From positions 1 to 39,194 of the forward strand of contig JYFJ02003649.1 in NCBI GenBank assembly GCA_000934665.2: a stretch of 39,194 nt of DNA, read 5' to 3'. The position numbers were made by a program, and so were the translations under genes. Position 1 is the first letter of the stretch. Each line of letters begins with the position of its first letter. Below, piece by piece: positions 1-10,638 of this stretch. The stretch is from Catajapyx aquilonaris (lineage: Eukaryota). The notes below the pieces were generated by a model. It did no database searches. It worked only from the letters and a program-made list of their open reading frames with translations, and had not been told where the DNA came from.

Positions 1-46
1 GGGGGGGGGGGAGACGTGCCCCCGTGCCCCCCTAAATCCGCCACTG
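1..46. mobile_element. Right terminus of a non-autonomous DNA transposon/MITE, truncated by the window edge
   Basis: Ends ...GCCCCCCTAAATCCGCCACTG, the reverse complement of CAGTGGCGGATTTAGGGGGG, a TIR type common in invertebrate (hAT-like) MITEs. The partner TIR is not in the window. Confidence 0.5.
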
Positions 47-169
47 CGTGTAATTAAATGGGCAAAAAACCCATAAAACCGCACACGTAGACAAACGACC
101 CTAAGGCACACCTATACTTTTGATGTGCGAATACTGTTCTGTGTATAGGATTATTGAGACATTATCATA

Positions 170-424
170 AGTGAATGTTAATAATGAATACCTCGTGATA
201 GGCCTTGGGCCTCTTAGGGGATCATCTTTTTGTGAACCGACTTTAATCATTGTCTGCGTGTGATTGATTTTGATTGCGGGAGGAAACGGGAGAACCCCGG
301 GAAAACCCACGCGAACACGGAGAGAACCCGTCTAAACTCTATCCACATAAGTATCCTCTGCGCGACCCGGGGATCGAACTCGTTCGGGACCTTAGAGGTA
401 GAAGGCTGTGGCCACTCCGCCACC
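170..424 (-). mobile_element. tRNA-derived SINE with a V-domain-like core
   Basis: The minus strand starts GGTGGCGGAGTGG (Pol III A box) and has GTTCGATCC (B box, 379-371). It continues GTTCTCTCCGTGTTCGCGTGGGTTTTCCCGGGGTTCTCCCGTTTCCTCCCGCAATCAAAA, closely resembling the V-SINE central domain. The 3' boundary is approximate. Confidence 0.75.
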
Positions 425-1474
425 AAATTTTTGAAATTGAAATAAAGGCGTTATATTAATAGTTCAATGTTTAAAAACGATATTACTGCTATCGGACTAC
501 GGCCTTCGGCCTTGAAAATTTTATGTCACATTATGTGCTTCACTTAGCATTTTTACCATGATCTGGAGTAAAGGCGATAGGGAAAACACCACATATTGCA
601 AAAAAATTGTGCGAAAGACGATATGCAAATAAATGCTACAGATGAACAAGGGACCCGGAATCCGCCAGAAAACTCCTTGCGCACCCGGCAGTATTTATTC
701 CCCCTCGCTATATCACGCATTTTTTTTTCTAAGCCTACATTAGGTATAATTTTTCAAGCCGCGATGATCGTACGATTCGTACCTGTTCCCGACCGTACAA
801 TAACAAAAAAAAATCAACGGCCCAGCATGTTAGAACGGGTCCCCTTTCCTGTTGCAATTAGAGACAACTGGCATAGTGTACTAGAAAGATCGAGGAGAAA
901 AATTCATTATAGGAACGTATATTTTGGTGGCTGATAAGGTCACTTGAATCGGGATGGCAGCAGATCAAACGAAAATGCTATTTTTTCCCCTGAAAAGTTG
1001 GAAAATGTGTCTTATTTATACAGTTTTGCCTTGATCCCCCCGGGGGGTGTTGCCCGGGTCGTGGCCATTGCCTCATCCGCCCCTCCCGCCCCCCTTCCCC
1101 CAATCACCCCCAAATAAACACCTTTTCACATACACCAGACAACGCAACGCACCTCCCACTCCCGCCCGCCTCCCAAGACCCCGACCGTGCGGCCATGGGA
1201 CCCTGGGGCCGTGGGGCCGCGACCGCGACCCGTGATCGCAGTGCTGTGGATTCCGGAATAATGCCAAATAAACAACCGCGGTTACCTGGCAGCGCAAGGA
1301 TAGCCAACACATTAAACACATAAGAAAATAAACAGTGACGACAATCTTTTTGAACGTGATAGTACACCCACTCTCCAAAGTGACTGCCCCCTTGTTCTTG
1401 GCCCCCCTGCAAGCCGTCTCTTCGTTGGTGACATTGTTGGTATTGTTGACAGCATTGTGAAGTTGCCAATACTA

Positions 1475-2455
1475 TCTAATCTTTATCTATAAATGAGTTT
1501 GTTTGTGAGTTTATTTGGCCCTAATATGGAAATCCAGGGGAAGTCCCATACATCGCCTTAAACTAGCATATCCGGGGTTACATTTTCCAAGGAATTTAAT
1601 TCCGCATGTTTCAGCTTCCGAAAAGGAACCTTAACTCCCACAACACGCATATTCTCAAATCTTCTCCCTACTCTGGCCTCAACAATTAACTTACATCAAC
1701 AAAGAGCAATATATCAATTACCATTCCCATGGAAATGCCCTCATGCATCAATACCTAGCAAATTATACCATCCCCGTAAATTCAACGCAGCCACCAATTA
1801 CTCTAATTGGCCACCTCACGGGAGTTTGTATCGTATGGTCATTCCGGGATTTTGTGGGATTTGAAAGTACACTCCAGACACAAATAAATACAATAAAATA
1901 ATACAGTATTTACATACGTTACTCCGTGTTGAAAACCAAATTTTCCACCATGCGTCTGTTCGTACATTTCTAAAGTTCTTCAGAGCAAACATATGGAACG
2001 AGGTGGGGATGTGAAGTGGGGTTGGGGGGTCAAGGGGTCAAAAATGCAGGTGAAAAACACATGGCTGTGCAGTCTTTTCCTGGGCCAACTCCATCTGCAT
2101 TCCTCTTTTTACACATCCAATCAGATATCTGTGTCGACTACACGCTATAAGCCAAGCAGAGAATCTATCACAGATAGTGACAAACTTTGGCTTATTGTAA
2201 CTTATAAGGCCTGTTTTAAGACATATCGAGTTTCGAGAGTATGGAAGGGAAATTTTTACAAACAAACACACTTCCTAAAATACTGTATATGTACTGTATC
2301 GCTCAAAAAGATAGAGACGATTGGCATTTGATTCAAGTGCAAGTTGCACTTGAGTCAAATGCAAAATCGTCTCTATCTTTTTGGGCGATATAGTACAATA
2401 CCCCTACCTTTACCAGCACCCCAACATACCCGGGCAACGCCGGGTAACCTGCTAG
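1475..2455 (+). mobile_element. Non-autonomous Helitron in a PARN intron
   Basis: The 3' end is canonical: hairpin TACCCGG-gcaacg-CCGGGTA (2427-2446), then CTAG (2452-2455) followed by T. The candidate 5' end is A|TCTAATCTTTATCTATAAATGAGTTTGTTTGT at 1475; this end is less certain (alternatives 1480, 1486). Confidence 0.65.
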
Positions 2456-2568
2456 TATATTATAGTTATTCTCCTCAAGGTCACCAAACAACTTATTTGT
2501 TATGCTGAAATCATTCACAAGAGTTAATTATGTATGTGATCATTACTTTACATTTTTTTAATTTGTAG

Positions 2569-2809
2569 AAGAAGCTGGTTGTTGGTCACAACATGATGCT
2601 TGACCTTTGCCACATGATACATCACTTTCTAAGCCCAGTGCCTGAAACCTACAATGAATTCAAGACTCTGGTGACCTCATCATTTCCAAAGCTTCTAGAT
2701 ACGAAGGTGGTTTCCAGTACCCATCCGTTTAGAGAGAAGATTTTCAATTCTGCCCTAGGACCCCTAATAGAGGCCCTACGACATGAGCCCTATTGCCTAA
2801 GTGATATTG
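2569..2809 (+). CDS. PARN: PARN internal exon (nuclease domain, ExoII motif); gene is 5'-partial
   Basis: Acceptor tttgtag| and donor G|gtaag. Translates KKLVVGHNMMLDLCHMIHHFLSPVPETYNEFKTLVTSSFPKLLDTK..., matching the PARN motifs GHNMLLD (catalytic Asp) and FPxLLDTK. Confidence 0.95.
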
Positions 2810-2923
2810 GTAAGAATATTTTTCTTGTTGTGACCTCAAGTGGACCCACTTAAATTGCTAGGCTGCTAGAGAGTTGTTTGAATTACATAAATTTGATTGT
2901 ACACTGTTGAATAATCTTTACAG

Positions 2924-3034
2924 GAGTAAAAAGTGGAGCATGTGGGTACTCCTCTACAAAGGACAGGGCTCATGTGGCCGGATATGATGCATATGTGACT
3001 GGACTCTGCTTTATAACTATGGCTGATCACTTGG
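2924..3034 (+). CDS. PARN: PARN exon (ExoIII motif)
   Basis: Acceptor tttacag| and donor G|gtaagg, phase-compatible with its neighbours. Translates GVKSGACGYSSTKDRAHVAGYDAYVTGLCFITMADHL (cf. human [22 protein letters not shown]). Confidence 0.95.
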
Positions 3035-3338
3035 GTAAGGCATGGATAATTCTCATGATCAATGTCTTGATCACTGTAGAGTGCAACTGTGTTTCAACAC
3101 TTTGATGTGCATGTCTCAGCCTTAAGGGGGAGATGTAAAAGGATCAAATTAGGCTTGGTGAGAAGTCTAGTGTGAGTGGTGGATAATGACTCGTCCTCAC
3201 TTGCTTGCCTCCCATGCCGGCAGAAATGGGCAGGTTCAAAGTAATGCTGGACAGTTTTCAGTTGCACTACACAGAGGCTGTACAATAAGTATCATTCTCG
3301 TCGTGGACGGTTATTGACTTCTGATTGCTGTTTTCCAG

Positions 3339-3408
3339 GGACATTTCAGGATCCTCCAAAAAAAAGAGTGCTGCCAGGATCACCACTCTTGGAACCATTT
3401 TTTAACAA
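3339..3408 (+). CDS. PARN: PARN exon
   Basis: Acceptor ttttccag| and donor AA|gtaggg. Translates GTFQDPPKKRVLPGSPLLEPFFNK; the EPFFNK motif is conserved in PARN. Confidence 0.9.
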
Positions 3409-3470
3409 GTAGGGAAATGCATTTGTTCCTGTCGTACATGTGAAATCTGACACTATTTAAATTGCTTCAG

Positions 3471-3526
3471 GGTGTTTATGATGAGAGTACAGGACTCACC
3501 ATATCTCAACCTGGGTGGACCTGACA
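3471..3526 (+). CDS. PARN: PARN exon
   Basis: Acceptor cttcag| and donor A|gtaagt. Translates VFMMRVQDSPYLNLGGPD (cf. human LFLMRVMDIPYLNLEGPD). Confidence 0.93.
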
Positions 3527-4979
3527 GTAAGTGCATTGGGTGGCATCAGGTTTATTTTGGGGTTAAAGTGAAGATATTACAGTGAAACCTGTTTAGGACA
3601 GAGCTTGAACGTGGTGGAGACCTGTGCTCTACAAAATTGTCGATTGCTGGTCATTTTCGATTTTTTTTTGTTGCATATATGTAATGGAAAATATCAGAGT
3701 GATCCTGCTACAGACAGGTGTCACTATGCATAATGTTGACATTTGTGCTATGCAACCTTTACAAGATAGAAACCAGTGGAAAATTGGTATTGTGAATTAG
3801 GTGCATTTATTATCAAACTATATTCTACTCAGCTGCTTGTGAATCACTGCGATCTGTGCAACCAGAATTTCTGGTCGAGTTGCCTCTTGCTGACATACAA
3901 GTGTGGCTGCTGGTTGCTATACCTGTGAGACAGTTTGAGAGGTGGTTGAATAATCAAAATGTCAGATGTGTGGAAGAATGGCTGGGTAGATGGTGAAAGA
4001 AATCATAATAAAGCCTATATAAGGTGGTGCGTTACCCAATTGCTCAATTTCAAAAGGTCTTAAGGAAGAAGTGGATTTTTCACTCCAGCAACCAGGTTCA
4101 GAGAAGCAGCCTGATGGAAGCCACAAACAGGATTCAATTCACTTATTGTGATGGTTGCCTTTGTTGTCTCATTTATGTGGTACAAATATTTGAAAAGGTC
4201 ATGTCAGGATAAATGCTTGAGATAACAACAAAGAATATATCCACACATTTTCAAGCTAACTGTGCTGGATGAAATCTGGGCTGGTCTTTGTACTTTTGCT
4301 GTGGCGTGATTTTAGTAATTTGCATATTATTTGGTACAAAAAAAGTATCAGTTAATTTTATTCATTGCTATCAGGTACATTATTTTTGCATGATATAACA
4401 AGATGGATTCTAGGCTGTAGAAGAAAGTATTCTTTTTCACTATTTGAAATGGAAGGCTGCAAATAGGTCGAATGATTTCATAACATAAGTTCAAAAGGAA
4501 GCTTATCGGTTTTATGTAAATAACATGAGAATGTCTGTTTCAATGTGAATGAATTTAGTTTTTATTTGAGTAGCATTGACGTATCCAGAAGGATGCCATC
4601 CTACTCTGAAAAGCTGCATCTGCACATTGTACAGTGAGTTCATTTGGTTGAGTGAAAGCATGATATATTGCAGTGTGCAGATGCCGCTTTCTTTGGTAAG
4701 ATGGCAGTACAGTAATTCCTGCACTACAACCTGGTTGCACCATAATATTGTCTATTATGGAATTTTTGAGTGGTTCTGGAGGAGGATTTTTAAGTGCGCT
4801 GCAGGCCTACAATGTTTCTATAATATACAATTATTCAACTTGTTCTGTATGGAATATTTTTGCAGAATAGCATGATTCTGCTGTAAATAGGTTTCACTGC
4901 AGTTTGCTACTCTGTTCCATGACGTCAGTTTTAGTATTGCACCCTTTTAATTTAGTTGTCTTGAGTGTGCTCAGTTGTA

Positions 4980-5219
4980 CAGTGCTGGACATATTAGCCG
5001 TCGCTGAATGTTTTTTTACGGCGGCGGCGGTGGCGTTACCTGGCAACCCTGTCCGGCGGGCCAATTCAAACATCAGCCCATGGAGAGTGCTTCCATTGTT
5101 GTCACTGTTGAGGGCTTTCCATGGGCTGATGTTTGAATTGGCCCGCCGGACAGGGTTGCCAGGTAACGCCGCCGCCACCGGAAAAAAACATTCAGCGACG
5201 GCTAATATGTCCAGCACTG
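4980..5219. mobile_element. Fold-back Tc1/mariner-type MITE, copy 1 (240 bp, shorter centre)
   Basis: TA|CAGTGCTGGACATATTAGCCGTCGCTGAATG...CATTCAGCGACGGCTAATATGTCCAGCACTG|TA. Inverted arms of ~105 bp, TA target duplication and CAGTG termini. Confidence 0.9.
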
Positions 5220-6286
5220 TACAGTACAACTACAGTAAGCCTAGGTGAAATTAATTAATAAGTTCATGTGTTGCCATGGGCAATACAACCTCACAAGACA
5301 CATTAAGGAATATGATTTCGAAATTATTCCCAGTTTGATATGATTATAAAATACTCAAAAATATGGAAATGGATTGAGGTACTAATATCATTGTTGCCTT
5401 AATTTTATTGAAATAAACAATACTGATTGTTTAAGGATTTTGTCCAAGGTACTTGTTTTCCATGATACACACAAATTTCACTGTGCTTCTGACATTCATG
5501 TACTTGCTTGTTGTCAGGATGCACTTTCATATCAGGAGGCCCTGCACTTTTACCTACATTCCTCGGCTTTATCTGCTGAAAGATGGGTGTGTATCCGCTG
5601 AAGGATAAGTGTGATCCACCGGGAAGGAAAGTTAGGCATGGGGTAGGATGGTACAGTACTGTACAACGTGGCCCTATCCTGCCACATTCTGTCTCCCAAT
5701 ATGAAAGTCTTTCCAGTGTTAGTACTTATACAGGGTGTAAATGAATTCCTATCAGATACTCCTAGCAGGGGTTCTTTACCTGAGTTGCCCACACCCCCAG
5801 GGGGTGCGAGGTGGCACCCTTGGGGGTGCAGAGCAAGGTGCACTCCTGGACTTACATTTAGTGTTACTATGAACTAAATGTTTTGGCTCGAAACATTGAC
5901 ACAGTTCATCTCGGTCAATGTTGGACGCAGCACAGTCGTTAATTGTCTGGCACAAAGGAAACTTTTGGCTGCTGATACGGATTTGGAGCTTCATCAACAT
6001 GTAAGAAAAAAGGTTAAACTGTTAAAACAAAAGAAAGGGAGGAAAAATAAATCGGTGACTGATAGGGAATGCACGAAGGACCAACTGTAATTTTAATAAA
6101 AGGCCTGGTTGGTAGAATGACAATTAATGGGAAGTACTCAATTAGGTACTTGTATAGGTATTCACAATACATAATGAGATGTTTTCTCTTAGTTTGGGTT
6201 GATTTAAGTGAGCTTCAGGGATGAATAGCCAGCCACTAAAGAACTGAAGATATTGAAGTTAAGTTTATATTGTTTTTAACTTTCAG

Positions 6287-6373
6287 TTGCACCTGCCAGA
6301 GACCACGTGTTCTACGTCACATTCCCGAAGGAATGGAAGACATCTGATTTGATCCAACTCTTCAGTCCATTTG
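6287..6373 (+). CDS. PARN: PARN exon (N-terminal half of the RRM), 87 nt, phase 1-1
   Basis: Acceptor ctttcag| and donor G|gtgagt. Translates [30 protein letters not shown] (cf. human [26 protein letters not shown]). Confidence 0.95.
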
Positions 6374-6647
6374 GTGAGTCCATATTTTTGCTTTTACTAT
6401 GAAATGAGGAATGCAACTTTATTGTGCATTAATTTGTGTTGATGAGGTGTTGCAGATGTGGGATTGGGCTTGTTCTGATGTATCTCCAGGCACAGATACA
6501 TCAGAACAAGCCCAATCCTGTTTCTCATTTTAATTTCAGAATGAGTTCAATGACCTCGTACTTGTTTAGATATCCACAAATCCCCAGACAACACACCTTT
6601 TTGACCTCCAGTATTTTTTTCCATTTGTAAGCATTATCATCATGGTT

Positions 6648-6973
6648 CAGTGCTGGACATAATAGCCTTCGCTGAATGTTTTTTCCCGGTGGCGGCGGCG
6701 TTACCTCTCAACCCTGTCCGGCGGGCCAATTCAAACATCAGCCCATGGAGACTGCTTCCATTGTTGCCACTTTTTACAAATCGAACGAGTGACGCGGACG
6801 ACCCAGCGACGGGTCTCTTCTGCCTGCGCACTCACTCACTCGATTTGTAAACAGTTGCAACAATGGAAGCGCTCTCCATGGGCTGATGTTTGAATTGGCC
6901 CGCCGGACAGGGTTGCCAGGTAACGCCTCCGCCAGAAAAAAACATTCAGCGACGGCTGTTATGTCCAGCACTG
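6648..6973. mobile_element. Fold-back Tc1/mariner-type MITE, copy 2 (326 bp)
   Basis: Same family as 4980-5219: CAGTGCTGGACATAATAGCC...GGCTGTTATGTCCAGCACTG|TA. Arms extend ~140 bp around a short loop. The left flank reads TT instead of TA. Confidence 0.9.
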
Positions 6974-7408
6974 TACAATCAGGGAGGAAGAAGGACACAG
7001 GTTTATAAATAGGAGCCAAAAACACAGATTCATGCCTAATTGCACCAAACGAAATTACCAATCCAATAGTTCCTAATGGGTCGTTGGAGCCCTTTTAACG
7101 TCTGCTAACGATCTGTTAGGAGCTATAAAATTGTAATTTTGTTGGTATAAACGGGCATCAGTGCAACAAAATGCAGTGTTTTATTTGGAAAGTCCACTTT
7201 AAATGTTTTTTTCCACGAAGTTGCTTACTTTTACGCAGTTAATTATGAATGAGTAGTTTTGAAGTAAGTCTGAAAATTTTGTTGTAGTTTTTAATGATTA
7301 CATTTAGTTAAACATCTAGCATTCATGTTGCTGTCAGTGAATTCATTATTCAAAGAAATGTACGTAGTGCATGTGAAGAACTACACCTTCATGACATTGT
7401 ATTGCCAG

Positions 7409-7664
7409 GCCCTGTGCAGATCCATTGGTCATCTGATACATCCGCTTTTGTTGCCCTGATCCGCAAGGAGAATGCTGGCATGGTGCTCAGAACCATAGCA
7501 GATGATGCCTGTACATACACAGTTATTCCCATGGAGGAGCAGAAGAGACGGGCAGCTGCAAAATTGGGTAGTGCATCCACCCAGCAGCCCAGTAGCAGGA
7601 AGAGGGCTCCAGCTGAAGTAGATGAACAGCCAAGGCCAACAAAGAAAAAGATAGCCATTGGAGA
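7409..7664 (+). CDS. PARN: PARN exon (C-terminal half of the RRM plus a putative bipartite NLS)
   Basis: Acceptor ttgccag| and donor GA|gtaagt. GPVQIHWSSDTSAFVAL matches human GNIQISWIDDTSAFVSL, which includes the cap-binding Trp. RKRAPAEVDEQPRPTKKK is NLS-like. Confidence 0.92.
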
Positions 7665-8284
7665 GTAAGTTTTTAGCAGGAAAAAATCTGAAGATTTATA
7701 GCTTTGAATGCTTTTGAATAGGTCTTGATTTTTAATCCTAGCAATTAGTTAATGTCAATAGCAGTTTTAGGGGGTTGATGGATCACACCACTAAGTATTT
7801 GGAGCAGGTTTTTGCTTGATCTCACCACCAACTACCATATATGGGACATTTTGCCACACCTAACCCTCTTTCTCTTCAAAAAAATTGTTGCCTGTGATTC
7901 TTACCTGTGACAATCGAGTTTTTCAGATGCAAGAGGATGGGCAGCAATTTTTTCCATTCCTAAAGCCAAAACTGTGGTCTTGGTTACATATCTGGTTGTG
8001 GCAGTTGCAATTTAGCATTCTGGTTGCAAGTGCAGTTGTCAAGTTAGGTTAATTCTTGTAAGGATTTGGATTGAAATTGAAGATAGGGATTAGGGTTCAT
8101 TATCATTTTTGCACTTGGGTGCACATTTCTCAGTGCATTGATAACCATGCAGAATTTTAACTTAGAACCAGTTTGTATCTTCAAATCTTCTGTCAAAACA
8201 ACTTGATGCATATGCAACTTTGCATTTAGTAAAACCAGAGACCTGCTCATAGGCTTGTAAGTTTTTTAATCGCATGTGTTGCAG

Positions 8285-8355
8285 GGCCTGTTTCTCTGGA
8301 CGAAGCATAGACCCAATCCCAGAAGAACAGGAGGAGGTTGAGGAGAAGCCAAAGG
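8285..8355 (+). CDS. PARN: PARN penultimate coding exon (acidic C-terminal tail)
   Basis: Acceptor tgttgcag| and donor G|gtgagg. Translates EACFSGRSIDPIPEEQEEVEEKPK. It converts phase 2 to phase 1, exactly as needed to join the flanking exons. Confidence 0.75.
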
Positions 8356-9083
8356 GTGAGGCATAAATTAATCTACCTATAACTAGTTTTTCGCTGTAAA
8401 GGTTCTCCAAAATCTCATGTTTCTGGACAAAACTTGATTTTGCCATCAGCTTTACAAGGTGAATTACACAGACATGCAATAATTGCACTCCTGGCTCAAT
8501 TATGCAATGCATGAAGTCCTACTGTCATAGTTGTGTATTTTGTTGTCCTCATTTTGCATTACAATGCAGGTTAATATAAAAGTACTGACTATTGCTTAAA
8601 AAAATTGAGATGATTTTTTGTTGAAACCAAATGCAAAATCGTTTCCATCTTTTTGAGTGATAAGGCATGTTGATGATAAAATAGGATTTGTTATCATATG
8701 TTAAGCAACTAGTTATCCTGGTGAAGTGGTTACCCAACAGGCTGAAACTACTGTAATTGAAATTTTTTACATGCAGGAGAATAGATATTCCATGCTAAAC
8801 TTGAGTGGTTTTATTCTTTACTGACATGAGGTGTAGGTGGACAAGGTTGTGCATGTCTCTCTTTATGACATGGTAATCTGATTTTATTTTTAAATGTGTC
8901 ATAGGCTATAAAAGTGACATGGCAAAATTATTCATTTGCATTAAAATTATTGAGACAACCCAGTTTGTGTTTGTTGTCGTCTGTCAAGTTTTTGTTACGG
9001 ATGTGTGTTAGTTTTCACTTTGATTTTTAAATACCATCATCCAGAAAGTATGTTAATCATCTTTGACAACACCTTACTTTCAG

Positions 9084-9124
9084 CAGCTGTGAAGCAATTT
9101 GAAGAACCTGACACTTGGGGATAG
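9084..9124 (+). CDS. PARN: PARN last coding exon
   Basis: Acceptor ctttcag| (tandem CAGCAG; alternative start 9087). Translates AAVKQFEEPDTWG*, matching the conserved PARN C-terminus (human LFEVPDTW). Stop TAG at 9122-9124. Confidence 0.88.
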
Positions 9125-9517
9125 CAGATGGACCCAAGAACTGCTGCTTTTACATATTGTTACCACCAGTCCATAGCAATAACTGTAATCCTATTTACAT
9201 TTTATGCTGTGAAAGCGCTGTGGATGAAATGTGTACTAAATGAAAAGCCTTTTTTTGTTGTTTTTTTTGAAGTTATGGTTTTCATTGAAAGGTAACCTTT
9301 TTGCCCCTTGGAGGTGATTCCTTGTCCTTTTTTGCAGGTGATGACAACTTAAGGTTATTATGCATGTTTCTGAGCAGCAAATGCAAATTAAAAATTACTC
9401 TGCTGAGGACATGGAAGTTAAATTTTATTAAGCATGTAATGGTCAGCATACTTTGAAAAAAATTGAAGTAGAAGTGGACCCCTGTTATCCGCGGGTCTGT
9501 TATCTGCTGTTTGAATA

Positions 9518-10226
9518 CAGTGGAACTCTGATTATCTGTCACCAACGGTGCTGGGGCATCCGAAAAGGTCAGATAATCCGAGGAGTAAAAAACATGAATG
9601 AAACTCAACAAAAAAACATGAAATAACATTATTGGGGGAAGGTGCGGTGGTCGAGATGGTAATGTCTGGGCTTGCTGTGCGAAAGGTCCCGGGTTATAAT
9701 TCCCGCCTGGGAGTTGCCTTTCGCCTGCGTCAGTGGGTCTCTGGCCCCTGCCTAAGGAGGCATCTTGGCAACCAGCCTCCTGGGGGACTGCACATGACCC
9801 GTTTCCGACATTGCACTTGCACCTGTGTCCATCCCCCCCATCCTTACTCTACATCCCTAATTGTCCTTGCGTGGACTCTGAAGAAAAATTGGAAAATCAG
9901 TCCCCCTAAAAGGGCTTTGTTCCCACCAATGGGGTAAGAAAGAAAAAAAAGAAATACATACATACATAGAATATTGTGGTTTTATAAGACATAGTGAAGT
10001 ATTTATTTTTTACACGCACTCTAACACTGTATTTACAATTATTGTAAATACACTACAGTAGAGTGTGTGTAAAAGATAAATACTTGACTATTTCTTAGAA
10101 AACCATAATATTGTACGTATTTTATGTTTTTGGGTTGCGTTTTATTCAAGTTTTTTTACTCTTCGGATTATCCAACCTTTTCTGCCCCAGTCCCGTTGGT
10201 GACGGATAATAATCAGGGTTCCACTG
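9518..10226. mobile_element. Inner fold-back pogo/Tc1-like MITE, interrupted by a SINE
   Basis: TA|CAGTGGAACTCTGATTATC...ATCAGGGTTCCACTG|TA. Once the SINE is removed the arms pair all the way to the centre TGTATTTACAAT-T-ATTGTAAATACA at 10040. Confidence 0.8.
9634..9950 (+). mobile_element. tRNA-derived SINE
   Basis: A-box-like TGGTCGAGATGG, degenerate B box GGGTTATAATTCCC and an A-rich tail AAGAAAGAAAAAAAA. It is flanked by GAAATA(A)CAT repeats and is absent from the opposite arm of the host palindrome. Confidence 0.7.
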
Positions 10227-10401
10227 TATTCAAACAGCATGTAACAGACCCACGGATGTAATGTTCTACACATGTTTCACTATGCATATTTCACTAAAAA
10301 ACACAGCTTTATTACTGGAGAGAGACAGTTGGATAAACCGTGGAGTCGGATATTGGGATTCTACTGCACTATCTGTATATACTGTATATGAAATTAATTT
10401 T

Positions 10402-10407
10402 AATAAA
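10402..10407 (+). terminator. Candidate PARN polyadenylation signal
   Basis: First canonical AATAAA I found after the stop codon, followed by a U/GU-rich tract (TTCTTGTATTTTTGTTG). Variant signals near 9235-9245 and at 9387 could end the mRNA earlier. Confidence 0.45.
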
Positions 10408-10589
10408 ATATTAATATGAAAAATTCTTGTATTTTTGTTGCAGTACAGTACTGTAATACAACTACCACTATCCTATTTTATTGTCACTTGTTCTTGTTAT
10501 AATGTCTTATTCAAACTTTGCATGCACGTTTAAAATTATGTTGTATAGGGCTCAGTTTCTCTGCGGGAAAGCATGAAACTTGAAAATGA

Positions 10590-10638
10590 CAGGCCCACAT
10601 AGATATTAAAAGGTAGCTTTAATATCTATGCAGGCCCA
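10590..10638. mobile_element. 33-bp TIR-only remnant with an 8-bp target duplication (P-element- or hAT-like)
   Basis: CAGGCCCA-[CATAGATATTAAA aggtagc TTTAATATCTATG]-CAGGCCCA: perfect 13-bp inverted repeats directly flanked by a perfect 8-bp direct repeat. Confidence 0.75.

Larger units (their letters stand above)
9473..10366. mobile_element. Outer degenerate palindromic pogo/Tc1-like MITE that hosts a nested insertion; ends approximate
   Basis: ATCCGCGGGTCTGTTATCTGCTGTTTGAATA (9487-9517) pairs with TATTCAAACAGCATGTAACAGACCCACGGAT (10227-10257). The left end is AGTGGACCCCTGTTATCCG; a possible right end is CGGATATTGGGATTCTACTG. Confidence 0.5.

Noticed and set aside
2810..2853. Read-through tails of PARN ORFs in the track (…GKNIFLVVTSSGPT; also …IAIGE* at 7668)
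   Set aside because: These are intronic read-through past strong GT donors, and the spliced model continues in frame.
4894..7061. Similar ORFs on both strands (…LPGNPVRRANSNISPW…) suggesting a small protein family
   Set aside because: They are translations of the palindromic MITE arms.
9641..9712. tRNA gene (also 355-424 on the minus strand)
   Set aside because: Degenerate boxes, no clean cloverleaf and continuation into a SINE body; these are SINE heads.
9125..10425. miR-193 or miR-2788 target sites in the PARN 3' UTR (feedback loop)
   Set aside because: No GGCCAGT or GGCATT seed match seen; only an offset GGGCAT at ~9554.
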